Assembly (NCBI GenBank): GCA_963727525.1
Contig: CAVSGO010000007.1
Coordinates: forward strand, 1,280,001 to 1,344,000
DNA: 64,000 nt
Reading direction: 5' to 3'
From: an uncultured bacterium
GTDB taxonomy: Bacteria > Krumholzibacteriota > Krumholzibacteriia > LZORAL124-64-63
Each line of letters begins with the position of its first letter. The stretch's first letter is position 1. A program made the translations under genes and the position numbers. Under the pieces are notes generated by a model that saw only the letters and a program-made list of their open reading frames with translations, had not been told where the DNA came from and searched no databases. This document shows positions 36,114-47,300 of this stretch, in pieces.

Positions 36114-36872
36114 ATGGCGATTCGGCCTCGCGAATTAGCGCTCCGTATCTTGATGCATTGCGGCCTGTACCCCCACGTCGCGTTCACCTACAGCCCGTTC
36201 AAGATCGTCGAGTTCGAGGAGTTGCTGGCGCCTATCCACTGGCGGGGCGACGAGCGCGTGCTCGACATTGGCTGCGGCGCCGGACTGCAGACCATGCTGA
36301 TCGCCCGGCACGCCGGTCACACCACGGGACTCGACATCGAGTCAGCGTTCATCGCCGACGCTCGGCGCCGTGCCTCCCACGCACGCATTCGCGGGACGAT
36401 CGACTTCGACGATCGCCATCTGCACATGATCCAGTATCCGGACGCCACCTTCGATCACATCTTCAGCGTCTGCGTGCTCGAGCACATTCCGGAACACGAG
36501 GACATCCTCCGCGAGTGTCTGCGGATCCTCAAACCGGGTGGGCAGATCCACTTCTCCGTCGATTCTCTCGAACCCATCACGGCTCCCGCGCTCGTTGCGT
36601 CGCACACGGCCCAGCACAAGGTCGTCCACTATTACCGGCCCGATGAACTCCGGCACACCCTCGAGAGTATCGGGTTCGGCGGCGTCTCGGTGCATCCGAT
36701 CTTCCGCAGTGCCTTCGCGAAACGCTACTTCGAGGAGGGGATCCGCCGCGGTTTCAATTTCGGACGCATCCGCGCCAGTGTGCTCGCATCATCGCTCCGC
36801 AAGGCCGAGGCGAAGCCCGATGTATCCGGTCCCGGTATCTTCCTGCTCGCGCGTGCGCGCCGGATTCCATGA
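36114..36872 (+). CDS. class I SAM-dependent methyltransferase
   Basis: VLDIGCGAG, FDHIFS..VLEHI, RILKPGG. Confidence 0.88.
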   Translation: MAIRPRELALRILMHCGLYPHVAFTYSPFKIVEFEELLAPIHWRGDERVLDIGCGAGLQTMLIARHAGHTTGLDIESAFIADARRRASHARIRGTIDFDDRHLHMIQYPDATFDHIFSVCVLEHIPEHEDILRECLRILKPGGQIHFSVDSLEPITAPALVASHTAQHKVVHYYRPDELRHTLESIGFGGVSVHPIFRSAFAKRYFEEGIRRGFNFGRIRASVLASSLRKAEAKPDVSGPGIFLLARARRIP

Positions 36873-36987
36873 TTGACGTTTGTCGGGTAGCGTCAAAGCG
36901 CTATTCGAGTAACATTGCTGATCAGGCACCGAGGGAACTCCCTCCTCCCGCGGCGAGGAGGGAGTTTGGCTCGTCCATCGGGGTGGT

Positions 36988-37998
36988 ATGACGGTCGTGG
37001 ATCTGAGCATCGTTATCGTGAGCTGGAACACGCAGGCCTTGCTCCGCGCCTGTCTCGCGAGCCTCCCCAAGGCTGTGGCGCCGCTACGATACGAGGTCCT
37101 CGTCGTCGACAATGGTTCGCGGGACGCAACGCCGGCGATGCTGCGGCATGATTTCCCCTCGGTGACGCTCATCGAGGCCGGTGAGAATCTCGGGTTTGCG
37201 CGGGCCAATAACCGGGCCTTCCGCGTGGCCTCGGGTCGCTACATCCTCATGCTCAACCCCGATACCGTGTGTCCGCCGGGATCGCTCGCGGCACTCGTGG
37301 ATCACGCCGATCGGCATCCAGGCCACGGCGGCTACGGACCGCTACTGATCGACGCCGAGGGGCGACCGACGATCACCTACGGTCACTTCCCCTCGGCCCG
37401 TTATCATTGGATCTGGCCCCTGGGCCTCTTGACGATCGGCCCCAGGTGGGCGCGTCTGACCCAGTTCGTGTACGTACCGCGGCGAGGCGAGCACGACCGG
37501 ACGGTGCCTTACGTCGCCGGTGCCTGCATGCTGATCCCGCGCGACATGCTGGCGACCGTGGGCGACCTCGACGAGCAATTCTTCCTGTATTTCGAGGAGA
37601 CGGACTGGTGCCGTCGCGCGTGGGAGCGCAACCTCCCGATCCGTCTCTGCATGGCGTCGGAGGTCGTGCATCTCGAGGGGCAAGCGGCGCTGCAGGCGTC
37701 CGCGTTCAGCGTCCGCCAGTTCCACCACTCGCTGCGTCTCTATGCCCGCAAACACCACGGACGGCTCGCCGTCTGGAATTTCCGGGCCGCTCTCTTCTGG
37801 GAATACGCCGGCAAGGCAGCGCTGCGCGTGCTGCTGCCGACCGATCGCGTGCGGAATCGTGCGCGCGCGCGGCGTTTCTGGTCGATCGCCCTGCTGCAGT
37901 TGCACACGGATATCGCACCGGCCCCCCCGCTCGCGTCGACGACTAGTGCCGGCGTCGCCCCTCGTTGCTGCGCGCGCGGCGCTCGAACTCGGCGATGA
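36988..37998 (+). CDS. glycosyltransferase family 2
   Basis: LSIVIVSWN, VVDNGS.D, NLGFARANN, LNPD, DEQFFLYFEETDWC. Confidence 0.92.
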   Translation: MTVVDLSIVIVSWNTQALLRACLASLPKAVAPLRYEVLVVDNGSRDATPAMLRHDFPSVTLIEAGENLGFARANNRAFRVASGRYILMLNPDTVCPPGSLAALVDHADRHPGHGGYGPLLIDAEGRPTITYGHFPSARYHWIWPLGLLTIGPRWARLTQFVYVPRRGEHDRTVPYVAGACMLIPRDMLATVGDLDEQFFLYFEETDWCRRAWERNLPIRLCMASEVVHLEGQAALQASAFSVRQFHHSLRLYARKHHGRLAVWNFRAALFWEYAGKAALRVLLPTDRVRNRARARRFWSIALLQLHTDIAPAPPLASTTSAGVAPRCCARGARTRR

Positions 37999-39517
37999 GG
38001 TCCTTCTCGGTGTCCAGGCTGATGACCCGGAAATCTTCGACGTGCAGGGCGGCGTCATCGAGCACCGTGATCTCGAGGTCGAACACGCGGCACATCTCAC
38101 GGAACTGCTCGGGGCGCTCCTCGAGCAGGTGCAGCGCGAGGAGCGGGTTGGCCTGGATCTGCAGGCGCTTCTCGCGCGTGACGATCGCGATCCGGTGCAT
38201 GAGCCGCTCGATGCGATTGCCCAGCGTCTCCAGCGAGAGCACCTTGCCCGTGCCGGTGCAATACGGGCAGGGGTCGCTGAGCTGGCTGAGCAGCGACGGC
38301 CGCACGCGCTGACGACTCATCTCCACGAGGCCGAGGCCACTGATCTGGAAGACCTTGGTGCGGGCCCGGTCGCGCTTGAGGTTGTTGCGGATCTCCTGCA
38401 GCACGCGGCGCTTGTTTGCCTCGTTCTCCATGTCGATGAAGTCGATCACGATGATGCCGCCGATATCGCGCAGGCGGAGCTGCCGCGTGACCTCGCGTGC
38501 CGCCAGCAGGTTCGTCTGCAGGATCGTCTCTTCCTGGTTGCGCTTGCCGGTGAAGCGGCCGGTGTTGACGTCGACGGAAACGAGCGCCTCGGTGGGCTCG
38601 ATGATCAGATAGCCACCCTTCTTGAGCCAGACCCGCTTGTCGAGCGACTTCTTGATCTCCGCCTCGATCTCGTATTGATCGAAGATCGGCAGGTCACCGC
38701 GGTAGAGGCGGATGCGCTCGCGCAGCTCCGGTGCGAAGATCTTGGCGTAGTTGACCAGGCGCTTGTGATCGTCAGCGTCGTCGATGATCAGTTCCTGCAC
38801 GTCTTCCTTGAAGATGTCGCGGATCAGGGCGACAACGAGGCCCACGTCCTCGTGCACGAGTGACGGCGCCGGCACCTCCTTGGCCACCGTCTCGCTGATC
38901 TGCGCGGCGAGATCGCTGAGATAGCGCACGTCGTTGGCGATGGCTTCCTCGCTGGCCGACTCGGCGGCCGTGCGGATGATGAAGGCGCCCTTGTCGGGGC
39001 GGTTCTTCTGCAGGAGCTGCTTCAGACGCACGCGCTCGCGACGGTCGGCGATCTTGCGCGACACGCCGATGTGGCGCCCCTTGGGCATCATCACCAAATA
39101 GCGACCGGGCAGACTGATGTCCGCCGTCAGGCGCGGCCCCTTGGTGCTGATCGGCTCCTTGGTCACCTGCACGATGATCTCGTCGCCCACCTTCAGCATG
39201 GTGCCAATGTCGGGGATGGGATCGTGGCGGCCGCGGCGTCCCGGCGCCGTCGGTTCCTCGTCGTCGTCCTCCACGTCGCCGAGGTTGCCGGCGTGCTGGA
39301 TATCCGACGCATGCAGGAAGCCGGCTTTCTCCAGACCGATCTCGATGAAGGCCGCCTGCAGGCCAGGTTTGACGGAGCTGACCTTGCCCTTGTAGAGATT
39401 GCCCACGATGCGGCGGGAATCGGCTCGTTCGACGAGTAGCTCGACGGGCTCGCCGTCCTCCTGGATCGCCACCCGCACCTCGTGGGGCGACGAGTTGATG
39501 ATGATATCCTTGCGCAT
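37943..39517 (-). CDS. rng: Rne/Rng family ribonuclease (RNase G)
   Basis: GNLYKGKV, QVTKEPI.TKG.RLT, SVDVNTG, LRLRDIGGIIVIDFIDM, C..C.GTG. Confidence 0.95.
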   Translation of the reverse strand: MRKDIIINSSPHEVRVAIQEDGEPVELLVERADSRRIVGNLYKGKVSSVKPGLQAAFIEIGLEKAGFLHASDIQHAGNLGDVEDDDEEPTAPGRRGRHDPIPDIGTMLKVGDEIIVQVTKEPISTKGPRLTADISLPGRYLVMMPKGRHIGVSRKIADRRERVRLKQLLQKNRPDKGAFIIRTAAESASEEAIANDVRYLSDLAAQISETVAKEVPAPSLVHEDVGLVVALIRDIFKEDVQELIIDDADDHKRLVNYAKIFAPELRERIRLYRGDLPIFDQYEIEAEIKKSLDKRVWLKKGGYLIIEPTEALVSVDVNTGRFTGKRNQEETILQTNLLAAREVTRQLRLRDIGGIIVIDFIDMENEANKRRVLQEIRNNLKRDRARTKVFQISGLGLVEMSRQRVRPSLLSQLSDPCPYCTGTGKVLSLETLGNRIERLMHRIAIVTREKRLQIQANPLLALHLLEERPEQFREMCRVFDLEITVLDDAALHVEDFRVISLDTEKDLIAEFERRARSNEGRRRH

Positions 39518-39538
39518 GATTCCTTTCAGGCGCGAACG

Positions 39539-42283
39539 CTAGTCGTTCATGTGGGCCCGCAACCACATGTGGGCGCGGGTCGCCAGAATGTCCTCGACGG
39601 GCGAGAGCCACTGCCCTCGTGCGTCCTGGCCGTAGATGCCGGTGCGCGTCACTCGGCAGAAACGCGGCTCCGACAGAAGATCTCCGAACAGGGCCGCGAG
39701 GAAGTCATGGATCGGCAGCCCCGCTCCCTCGGCACCATGTCGCAAGCTCACGCACAGGGCGGGCAGTTCCTCGCCCCGGGTGTTCGACGGCTCCCAGGTC
39801 GGACCCGGCGCCCAGACGATCGCCCGCGCGTCGACCTCGACGTCCCCCTTGGGACGCCGGCGCAGGAACGGCCAGCGGTCGGCCGCAAGAAACGCGGCCA
39901 CCGCGGCCCGTGCCGCGTCGGGATCGGGGCCCCCGTCCGCGCGCGTCGGCAACGCCACCCGGTAATCGAGGCGCTGGGCGCTCGCCTCGATGGACGGCGG
40001 CGTGACGGTGCCCACGATCACGGCACGATTCACCGCGAGCCCGGCCGTCAGCGCCCGGTCCAGCCGCGGCCCCACGCCGGCCTCGTCCCACTGGAACGCG
40101 ACATCGAGGACCTCGTGCTCGCCGGCAACGCCGACCGCGAGTGGCGGACCGAACTTCATCAACGGATGAGGATGATAGCCCTTGCTGTAGGCAACGGGCA
40201 AGCCAGAACGGCGCAGGGCGAGCTGAAGGTGGCGCTGGAAATCGAGATGGCCGAGGGTGACCATGGCACCGATCTTGGCATACTCCAGGCGATACCACAC
40301 TTTGGCCGAGGCTTGCTCGCGCCAGTGGCGCCAGCGGTCGGCACGGGCCGGGTCTGTCTCGGGAGGCCGATAGGTTGGGCCGCGCCCGCCGTCCGGCTCC
40401 GCGCCCGGCGCGTGGTCCGCCAGGGCCTGGGCGGCCACCGAGAGCGGCTGTAAGGTGGCCATCACATGCCCGAGGCCCTCGTCGCAGGCGGCACAGGCCA
40501 CGCAGTCGCCCTCCAGACGGCAGTCCGGCGTCGTCTTTCCCGCCAGGGCAGCTTCCCATTCGCGCCGCAGAAACTCGGGCGAAACCGGGCCGGCGATCGT
40601 CGCCCACGGCAGGGGCGATCCTGGATCCCGCGGCGCCAACCACGCGGCACCGTCGATCCCGCACGCCGTGATCGCGGCGTCCCAGCGGGCGAAGTCGAAG
40701 GACTCGTCCCAGGCATCGAACCGTGCGCCGCGGCGCCACGCGTCCTGCACGACGTCGGCGAGTCGCTCGTCGCCAAGGCCGAGCAACGCCTCGAGGAAGC
40801 TCACCTCCGGTTCGCGCAGGCTCACCTTCACGTGCAAGCGGCGCAGCCGCTTCGCGAGATACAGGTTGCGCCGCGCAATCTCCTCGCGCGGGATCTGTCC
40901 GGCCCACTGGAACGGGGTGTGCGCCTTGGGCGCGAAGGGTGATATCGAGACGTGGATCTGCCCCCCGCCCTGTGGCGCCAAGCCCACCAGCCGGCCCACC
41001 AGGGCCACGATGCCGTCGAGGTCGTCGTTCGTCTCGGTGGGAAGACCGATCATGAAGTACAGCTTCATGGATTTGACGCCGCCGCGAAACGCCTCCTTCG
41101 CGGTATGCACGATGTCCTCGTCGGCGATGCGCTTGTTGATCACGTCGCGCAGGCGCTGCGTGCCCGCCTCCGGCGCGAACGTGAAGCTCGCCGGACGTTC
41201 GCGACTGATCCGCCCGTAGAGTTCGGCGTCGACCGAGTCGACCCGCAGGCTCGGTAACACCAGGTTGGTGCGCGTGCCGGCCAGGGTGTCCTGGATGCCG
41301 GCCACCGCGGGACCGAGGGCGCTATAATCCGACGTGGAGAGTGACAGCAGGCCTACCTCGAGATGTCCCGTCTGCCGGGCCGTGCGCTCGGCCGCCGAAA
41401 CGACGGCATCGACGTCGCGCTCGCGTACGGGTCGCTGAATCATGCCGGCCTGGCAAAAGCGGCAGCCGCGGGCGCACCCGCGCATCACCTCGATGGCCAC
41501 GCGGTCGTGCACGGGTTCGATCACCGGCACGAGCCCGTCCGGCGGCGGTACCTGGTTGAGGTCGGCGAGCACACGTACGGCGATGGGCGCCGAGACGCCA
41601 GGATGCCACACGCCAGGCATGGCGTGCAGAGCGGCGAGCGTGCGCGCGCGGTCCCAGCCACGGGCGCGGGCATCGGCCACGAGGGTCGCCACGTCGGTGA
41701 TCGCCTCCTCTCCATCGCCGGGCAGGACAGCATCGCAGAAAGGCCCCATCACAGTGGGATTCATGGCGAACGAGCCCCCTGCGATGACGAGGGGATCGCC
41801 TTCGCCGCGGGCGGAGGCGCGCAGAGGCAGACCGGCGAGGTCAAGCATCGTGAGCACGTTCGTGTAGCCCAGCTCGTAACCCAGCGAGAAACCGATCACG
41901 TCGAAGGCGCGCGCCGGACGCCGCGACTCCAGACCGAAGAACGGCAGCTCCTCGCGGCGGAGCGCGTCCTCCATGTCGGGCCAGACCGCAAAGCCCAGAT
42001 CGCAGAAGGTGTCGGGCCATTCGTTCAGCCGCCCGTACAGCACGCGCAGACCGGTGTGGGACATGCCCACCTCGTAGGCGTCGGGGAAGCAAAGCAGGAC
42101 GTTGGCGCCCGTCTCGCGCCAGCGCGTGCCAGGCGTGGCGCCCTCCTCGCCGCCGATGTACCGGCCCGGGCGGCTCACGAGCGGTAGCACGCGGTCGAGC
42201 AGGGTGCGCGACAGGGTGGCGGGGTCGTCGAAGCGGGATGCGGGGCGGTACGGACCGCCCTCGCCAGTTGCGAGCTTGTTCAT
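39539..42283 (-). CDS. TIGR03960-type B12-binding radical SAM fused to TIGR03936/DUF2344 domain
   Basis: P.RYIGGE, FPDAYEVGMS, RGCARGCRFCQAG, APEAGT; C-terminal GHLDF..ALRR.GLPVAYS.GYHPHP. Confidence 0.9.
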   Translation of the reverse strand: MNKLATGEGGPYRPASRFDDPATLSRTLLDRVLPLVSRPGRYIGGEEGATPGTRWRETGANVLLCFPDAYEVGMSHTGLRVLYGRLNEWPDTFCDLGFAVWPDMEDALRREELPFFGLESRRPARAFDVIGFSLGYELGYTNVLTMLDLAGLPLRASARGEGDPLVIAGGSFAMNPTVMGPFCDAVLPGDGEEAITDVATLVADARARGWDRARTLAALHAMPGVWHPGVSAPIAVRVLADLNQVPPPDGLVPVIEPVHDRVAIEVMRGCARGCRFCQAGMIQRPVRERDVDAVVSAAERTARQTGHLEVGLLSLSTSDYSALGPAVAGIQDTLAGTRTNLVLPSLRVDSVDAELYGRISRERPASFTFAPEAGTQRLRDVINKRIADEDIVHTAKEAFRGGVKSMKLYFMIGLPTETNDDLDGIVALVGRLVGLAPQGGGQIHVSISPFAPKAHTPFQWAGQIPREEIARRNLYLAKRLRRLHVKVSLREPEVSFLEALLGLGDERLADVVQDAWRRGARFDAWDESFDFARWDAAITACGIDGAAWLAPRDPGSPLPWATIAGPVSPEFLRREWEAALAGKTTPDCRLEGDCVACAACDEGLGHVMATLQPLSVAAQALADHAPGAEPDGGRGPTYRPPETDPARADRWRHWREQASAKVWYRLEYAKIGAMVTLGHLDFQRHLQLALRRSGLPVAYSKGYHPHPLMKFGPPLAVGVAGEHEVLDVAFQWDEAGVGPRLDRALTAGLAVNRAVIVGTVTPPSIEASAQRLDYRVALPTRADGGPDPDAARAAVAAFLAADRWPFLRRRPKGDVEVDARAIVWAPGPTWEPSNTRGEELPALCVSLRHGAEGAGLPIHDFLAALFGDLLSEPRFCRVTRTGIYGQDARGQWLSPVEDILATRAHMWLRAHMND

Positions 42284-43759
42284 TCAGTCCCTGTCGTAGG
42301 ATGCGCGATCGGCCTGGTCGCCGCGCACCGCGGGAGCCTCGAGGCTGATCTCCGCTCCGGCGGCATGGCGATCGAATACGTCTTTCTGCGGCTCCTCCGC
42401 GAACGACACCGGATACTGGCCGGTGAAGCAAGCATTGCAGTAGCGATGTCCTTCCCCCGTCGCCTCGAGCAGTCCTTCGAGCGAGAGATAGTGCAGGGAG
42501 TCCACGCGCAGGTATGTGGCGATCTCGTCGACCGTATGGGTCGCGGCGATCAGCTCCTGCCGGTGCGGCGTGTCGATGCCATAGAAGCACGGATTGGTGA
42601 CGGGGGGCGAGGCGATGCGCAGGTGCACCTCGCGCGCGCCCGCGTTGCGCAGCAGCTTGACCAGCTTGCGCATCGTGGTGCCGCGCACGATCGAGTCGTC
42701 CACGACGACCACGCGCTTGCCGGCGAGCACCTCGCGCACGGGATTGAACTTGATGCGCACCGACATGTCGCGGACCTTCTGCGCCGGCGAGATGAATGTG
42801 CGTCCGACGTAGTGGTTGCGAATGAGCGCCAGCTCGAAGGGCAGACCGGTGGCGCGGGCGTAGCCGAGTGCTGCGGTGTTGCTGGAATCGGGCACGGCCA
42901 TCACGAGGTCGGCGTCGACGGGAGCTTCGCGACCCAGGATCTCACCGCTGCGTCGGCGCGCCCACTCCACGCTGACGCCGAAGACGCGGCTGTCCGGCCG
43001 CGAGAAATACACATGTTCGAAGACGCAGAACTTCTCGGGCTGGGACGGCGCGAGCCGCCGGCTGGACAGCTCGCCCTCGCCAAGCACGACCAGCTCGCCG
43101 GGTTCGATGTCGCGCAGGTACCGCGCGCCGATGATGTCGAAGGCGCAGCTTTCGCTGGCCACGACGTAGCTGTCCCGATAGCGGCCGAGGCAGAGCGGCC
43201 GGAACCCGAGGGGATCGCGCGCAGCGATGAGCTTGTCACACGTCAGCACGACCAGACTGTAAGCGCCCTGCACCCGGGGCAGCACCTCGGCCAGGGCATC
43301 GGCCACGGTGTCGGCGTGGCTGCGCGCAACCAGGTGCAGGATCACCTCGCTGTCGCTCGTCGTGGAGAAGATGGATCCGTCGGCCTCCATCGCCTTGCGT
43401 AGCTGGGGCGCGTTCACGAGGTTGCCGTTGTGCGCGAGGGAGATGGCCCCCTTCGCGCTCGCCACCTGGATCGGCTGGGCATTGATGAGCTGACTCGAAC
43501 CCGACGTACTGTAGCGCACGTGGCCGATGGCGAAGTTGCCGGTGAGCGTCTTGACCGTGCCCTCGTCGAAGACGTCGGCCACCAGGCCCATCCGCTTGTG
43601 CGTCGTGATGCGAAGCCCGTCGGCCACCGTGATGCCGGCACTCTCCTGCCCGCGATGCTGCAGCGCGTGCAACGCCAGGCTCGCCAGCTCCGCCGCCCCC
43701 TTCACACCGGCGATGCCGACGACCCCGCACTCCTCGCGCCAGTGCCGACCCTCACTCAT
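42284..43759 (-). CDS. purF: amidophosphoribosyltransferase
   Basis: EECG propeptide/Ntn Cys, LQHRGQE, GHVRYST, VDDSIVRGTT, C-terminal C..CF. Confidence 0.97.
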   Translation of the reverse strand: MSEGRHWREECGVVGIAGVKGAAELASLALHALQHRGQESAGITVADGLRITTHKRMGLVADVFDEGTVKTLTGNFAIGHVRYSTSGSSQLINAQPIQVASAKGAISLAHNGNLVNAPQLRKAMEADGSIFSTTSDSEVILHLVARSHADTVADALAEVLPRVQGAYSLVVLTCDKLIAARDPLGFRPLCLGRYRDSYVVASESCAFDIIGARYLRDIEPGELVVLGEGELSSRRLAPSQPEKFCVFEHVYFSRPDSRVFGVSVEWARRRSGEILGREAPVDADLVMAVPDSSNTAALGYARATGLPFELALIRNHYVGRTFISPAQKVRDMSVRIKFNPVREVLAGKRVVVVDDSIVRGTTMRKLVKLLRNAGAREVHLRIASPPVTNPCFYGIDTPHRQELIAATHTVDEIATYLRVDSLHYLSLEGLLEATGEGHRYCNACFTGQYPVSFAEEPQKDVFDRHAAGAEISLEAPAVRGDQADRASYDRD

Positions 43760-44360
43760 GATTGCCTCCGACGGCTGCGGCGGTACGTACCGCGGTCAGC
43801 CAGCCATGCAAATGCGGATTGACGAGCAGCCCCTGATCGCCTGCGCGCGACACCGCCAGGCGATCGGCGAGGCGCCGCGGCGCGCGGCCCTCGGGCCGCA
43901 GCACGAGTCGCCACAGCACGCCCGAGAGCAGCGGCCCCGGCTCGCCGAGGGCGAACGACGCCACGTCCACGGCCACGAGATCGTCCGCCACGGCGCCACC
44001 GAGCAGGCTCTCGTGGAGATCATCGTCCGTCGCGCTCAGGGAGCTGGCGACCGGCACACCGGGCCAGCTCGCGTCGAGATCGGCCCCCGCGAGCGCGCCA
44101 CGCGCGAACCACGGATCACCCCCATCGGCCAGACGGAAATGGCCGAAGTGGTGCTTGTTCGGGTTGAAGTACCGCCCGATCGCGAGCAACGCGGCCACGT
44201 CCGGAGCGTCGGCTCCCTCCCAGAAGGTGTGCATCTCGCAGCGACGCAGCGCCACGAGCGCGTCGCCGCCCCCGAGATGGCGCTGCATCACGCGCACGGC
44301 CGTGGCCGCGTGCAGGTCGATGCCCTTGTGGCTCGTCAGCAACGTGATCTGTGCGCTCAT
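43752..44360 (-). CDS. hypothetical protein, probable tandem PurS-like subunit
   Basis: Between purLQ and purF with GGAG RBS; two halves ending YFNPNKH and LLVNPHLH, reminiscent of the PurS LxNP motif. Confidence 0.6.
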   Translation of the reverse strand: MSAQITLLTSHKGIDLHAATAVRVMQRHLGGGDALVALRRCEMHTFWEGADAPDVAALLAIGRYFNPNKHHFGHFRLADGGDPWFARGALAGADLDASWPGVPVASSLSATDDDLHESLLGGAVADDLVAVDVASFALGEPGPLLSGVLWRLVLRPEGRAPRRLADRLAVSRAGDQGLLVNPHLHGWLTAVRTAAAVGGNHE

Positions 44361-44382
44361 GGGTGCTCCCACTCCGTCCTCG

Positions 44383-47300
44383 TCAGCATAGTTCCACCAG
44401 GCGTCGCAGCAACGGCATCCCGGGGCCTGCCCCACGTAGGGACTCCGCCCGCCCCGCGGCAAGGCGGCGCCGACTGCCCCAGGCCGACGGGAGATCCTCG
44501 GGCACCTGTGCCAGCAGCAGGGCGCGTTCCGGGTGCGGCATGAGGGCGAGCACGTTGCCGCCGGCGTTCGTCAGGCCGGCCACATCGTCGAGGGATCCAT
44601 TGGGATTGCCACCCGCGCCGCCATCGAATCCCCGGTAGCGCAGGGCCACGTAGCCCTCGGCCGCGAGTCGCGCGAAGAAGGCCGGATCCTCGTGCGTGAA
44701 CCGTCCCTCGGCGTGGGCCATGGGCAGCGGCACCTCGCCGTCGAGACCGGCCACGAACGCGCAGCGGCTGCCCATTGCGGGCGCGAGGTTGACCCACCGG
44801 GAGTAGTAGCCGCGACGCCCCGGCACGCGGTTGGTCGCCAGCGCCACTTCCACGGCGCCCGGCTCGATTCCCGGCACGATGCCGGCCTCCACGAGCACCT
44901 GGCAACCGTTGCAGATGCCGAGGATGGGCTTGCCACCGGACGCGGCGTCGCGCAACACGGAGAGCAGCGGATCCTTCGCCGCGACGGCGCCCGCACGCAC
45001 GCGATCCTGGTAGCTGAAGCCTCCCGGCACGAGGAAGCCGTCGAACCGGGCCAGGTGTGCGGCCGATCGCGTCCAGCGGAAGATCTCGGCGTCGGCGCCC
45101 ACATGCACGAGAGCCCGCGCCGACTCGTCCTCGCAGTTCACGCCGGCGAGTTGCACGACGGCGACTCGCGGCCGGCGGCCCAGATTAATGAGGGGTGCGG
45201 ATTCCGCGGCGGGCGCCGGCATCGCCCGCGCCGCCTCCGGGACCTGACGCACGGCGTCCTCACCGCCCCATAGCCGGGGCAGGCCGGTCTGCCATGCCCG
45301 CGCGAGCGCGTCCACCGCCACGGTCACGCGCTCGCCCCGCGGGCCCGTCACGTCGAGGGTGGGCTGTTCCGTCACGGCACCGAGCGGCCACCACGGCGCG
45401 CCCGCGAAGGACAGGAGCTTCTCCACCTCGGGCGCGGCCACCGCGGGCGCCGTCAGGAGGAATCCCCCGCGCTCGTTGAACAGGATCTCGCGCAGGCTGA
45501 GATCGTCGAGATCGGACGGGATCGTGAGGCTGGCGCCGCGCCGCATCTGCCCTTCGAGCCCGATGGCCATCTCGGCGAGCGCCACGGCCAGCCCGCCGTC
45601 GCTGATGTCGTGCACCGCGTTCGCGATGCCGGCGCGGACGAGCGAGAGCACGCCGTCGAGTTCCGCCCGTACGACGCCGAAGTCGACCGGGGGCACCGCC
45701 GGACGGCCGGCCTTGTAGCCGGCGTCGAGGTAGAGGCTGCCGCCGAGGTCCGCGCCGGGACGGCCCACGAGGTACAGTCGGTCGCCAGCCTCCTTGAGGC
45801 GCAGGCTCCGGCAGCGCGCGGCATCGTCCACCACGCCGACGCAGGCCACGATCGGCGACGGCGCCACCGAGCGGCCCGACGCGCTCTGATTGTAGAAGCT
45901 CACGTTGCCCGACACCACGGGCAGCGGCTCGCCCGGCGCCGAGAGGCGGCCGAGACCGCGGCACGCATCGCCGATGCCGCGCACGCCCTCGACGAAGGCG
46001 CCCATCGCACGAGGCTCCTCCGGGTTGCCGTAGTTGAGGCAGTCGGTGATGGCCGCTGGTTCGCCGCCCACGCACACGACGTTGCGGCAGGCCTCGATCA
46101 CGGCCATGGCCCCGGCCGTCCAGGGATCGGCGAGGCCCAGCAGGGGATTGCCGTCGGCCGCGATCGCCACGGCGCGCGCACAGCCCGGCAGGGGGGCCGT
46201 CACACCCGCGTCCGCCTCGCCGGGGCGCAGGATCGTGCTGGCTTGCACCTCGCTGTCGTAGTGCCGGAAAACGCACTCGCGGCTCGCCACGTTGGGATGC
46301 CCCATCAGGGCCTGCCACTCGTCGGCGATGGTCGACTCCGGCGCCTCGGGCAAGCGTGCGTCGGCCGGCACCTCCAGGCGCGGCGGCGACTCGGCGGCGC
46401 GATCGTAGCGGATGCCCTCGGTGATCGTGGCCACCGGCGCATCGCAGAGCATCTGATCGCCGAGGCGCAGCACGTAGCGCGTCTCGGCGGTGACGCGGCC
46501 GATGCGCCGCGCGCAGGCGCCGTCGTAAAGATCGGGCAGCGCGAAATCCTCGTTGTAGATGGCCAGCACGCGCTCCGTGAAGCGGGCCGGCACGGCGAGG
46601 CCGTAGCGCTCCTGCGTCTCGCTGCAGGCGATCACGCGCGCAGGCACGTCGCCGGGCGCCACGTGCACGTGGGCAAGATCGACGTCGCAGCCGAAGCCGC
46701 CGGCATCGCACAGCTCGCTCGTGACGCAGGCGATACCGCCGGCGCCGAGGTCCTTGAAGCCGATCGTCACTTGCTCGGCTGCGGCGAGATCGAGCACTGC
46801 GCGGTTGGCGACGCTGAGGATGCGTTTGAGGAACGGATCGGGCGTCTGGACGCTACCCTTGTTCTCGGTGGCGGCGGCGGCGTCGAGGGTGGCCGAGGCG
46901 AAGGCGGCGCCCCCCATGCCCGACCAGTCGGTGGGCTTGCCCACCAGGATCAGGTCGTAAGGCTCGTCATTGGCCTGCGACGGTACGGCGCTGTGGGTGA
47001 TGCGCGCCTGGTCCACCAGGCCGAGGGCCACGACGTTCACGAGACAGTTCTCGTCGAACGACGGATGGAAGACCACGTCGCCGCCGAGGTTCGGTACGCC
47101 CAGCGCATTGCCGTATTCCCAGATGCCGTTGACGACCTCGCGCGCGATGTCGAGGCGGTGCGCCGCGCCATGGTCGTCGGCGCTCTCGGCGAGGGGCCAG
47201 CCGAAACGCAGCGGATCGAGCACGCCGATGACCTCGGCGCCCATGCAGTAGACATCGCGTACGATACCACCGATGCCGGTGGCCGCGCCCTCGACGGGCA

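Noticed and set aside
37943-37998. Convergent 3' overlaps (GT2/rng; also rarD/phhB at 29611-29648)
   Set aside because: Short tail overlaps are common in high-GC genomes and show no sign of function
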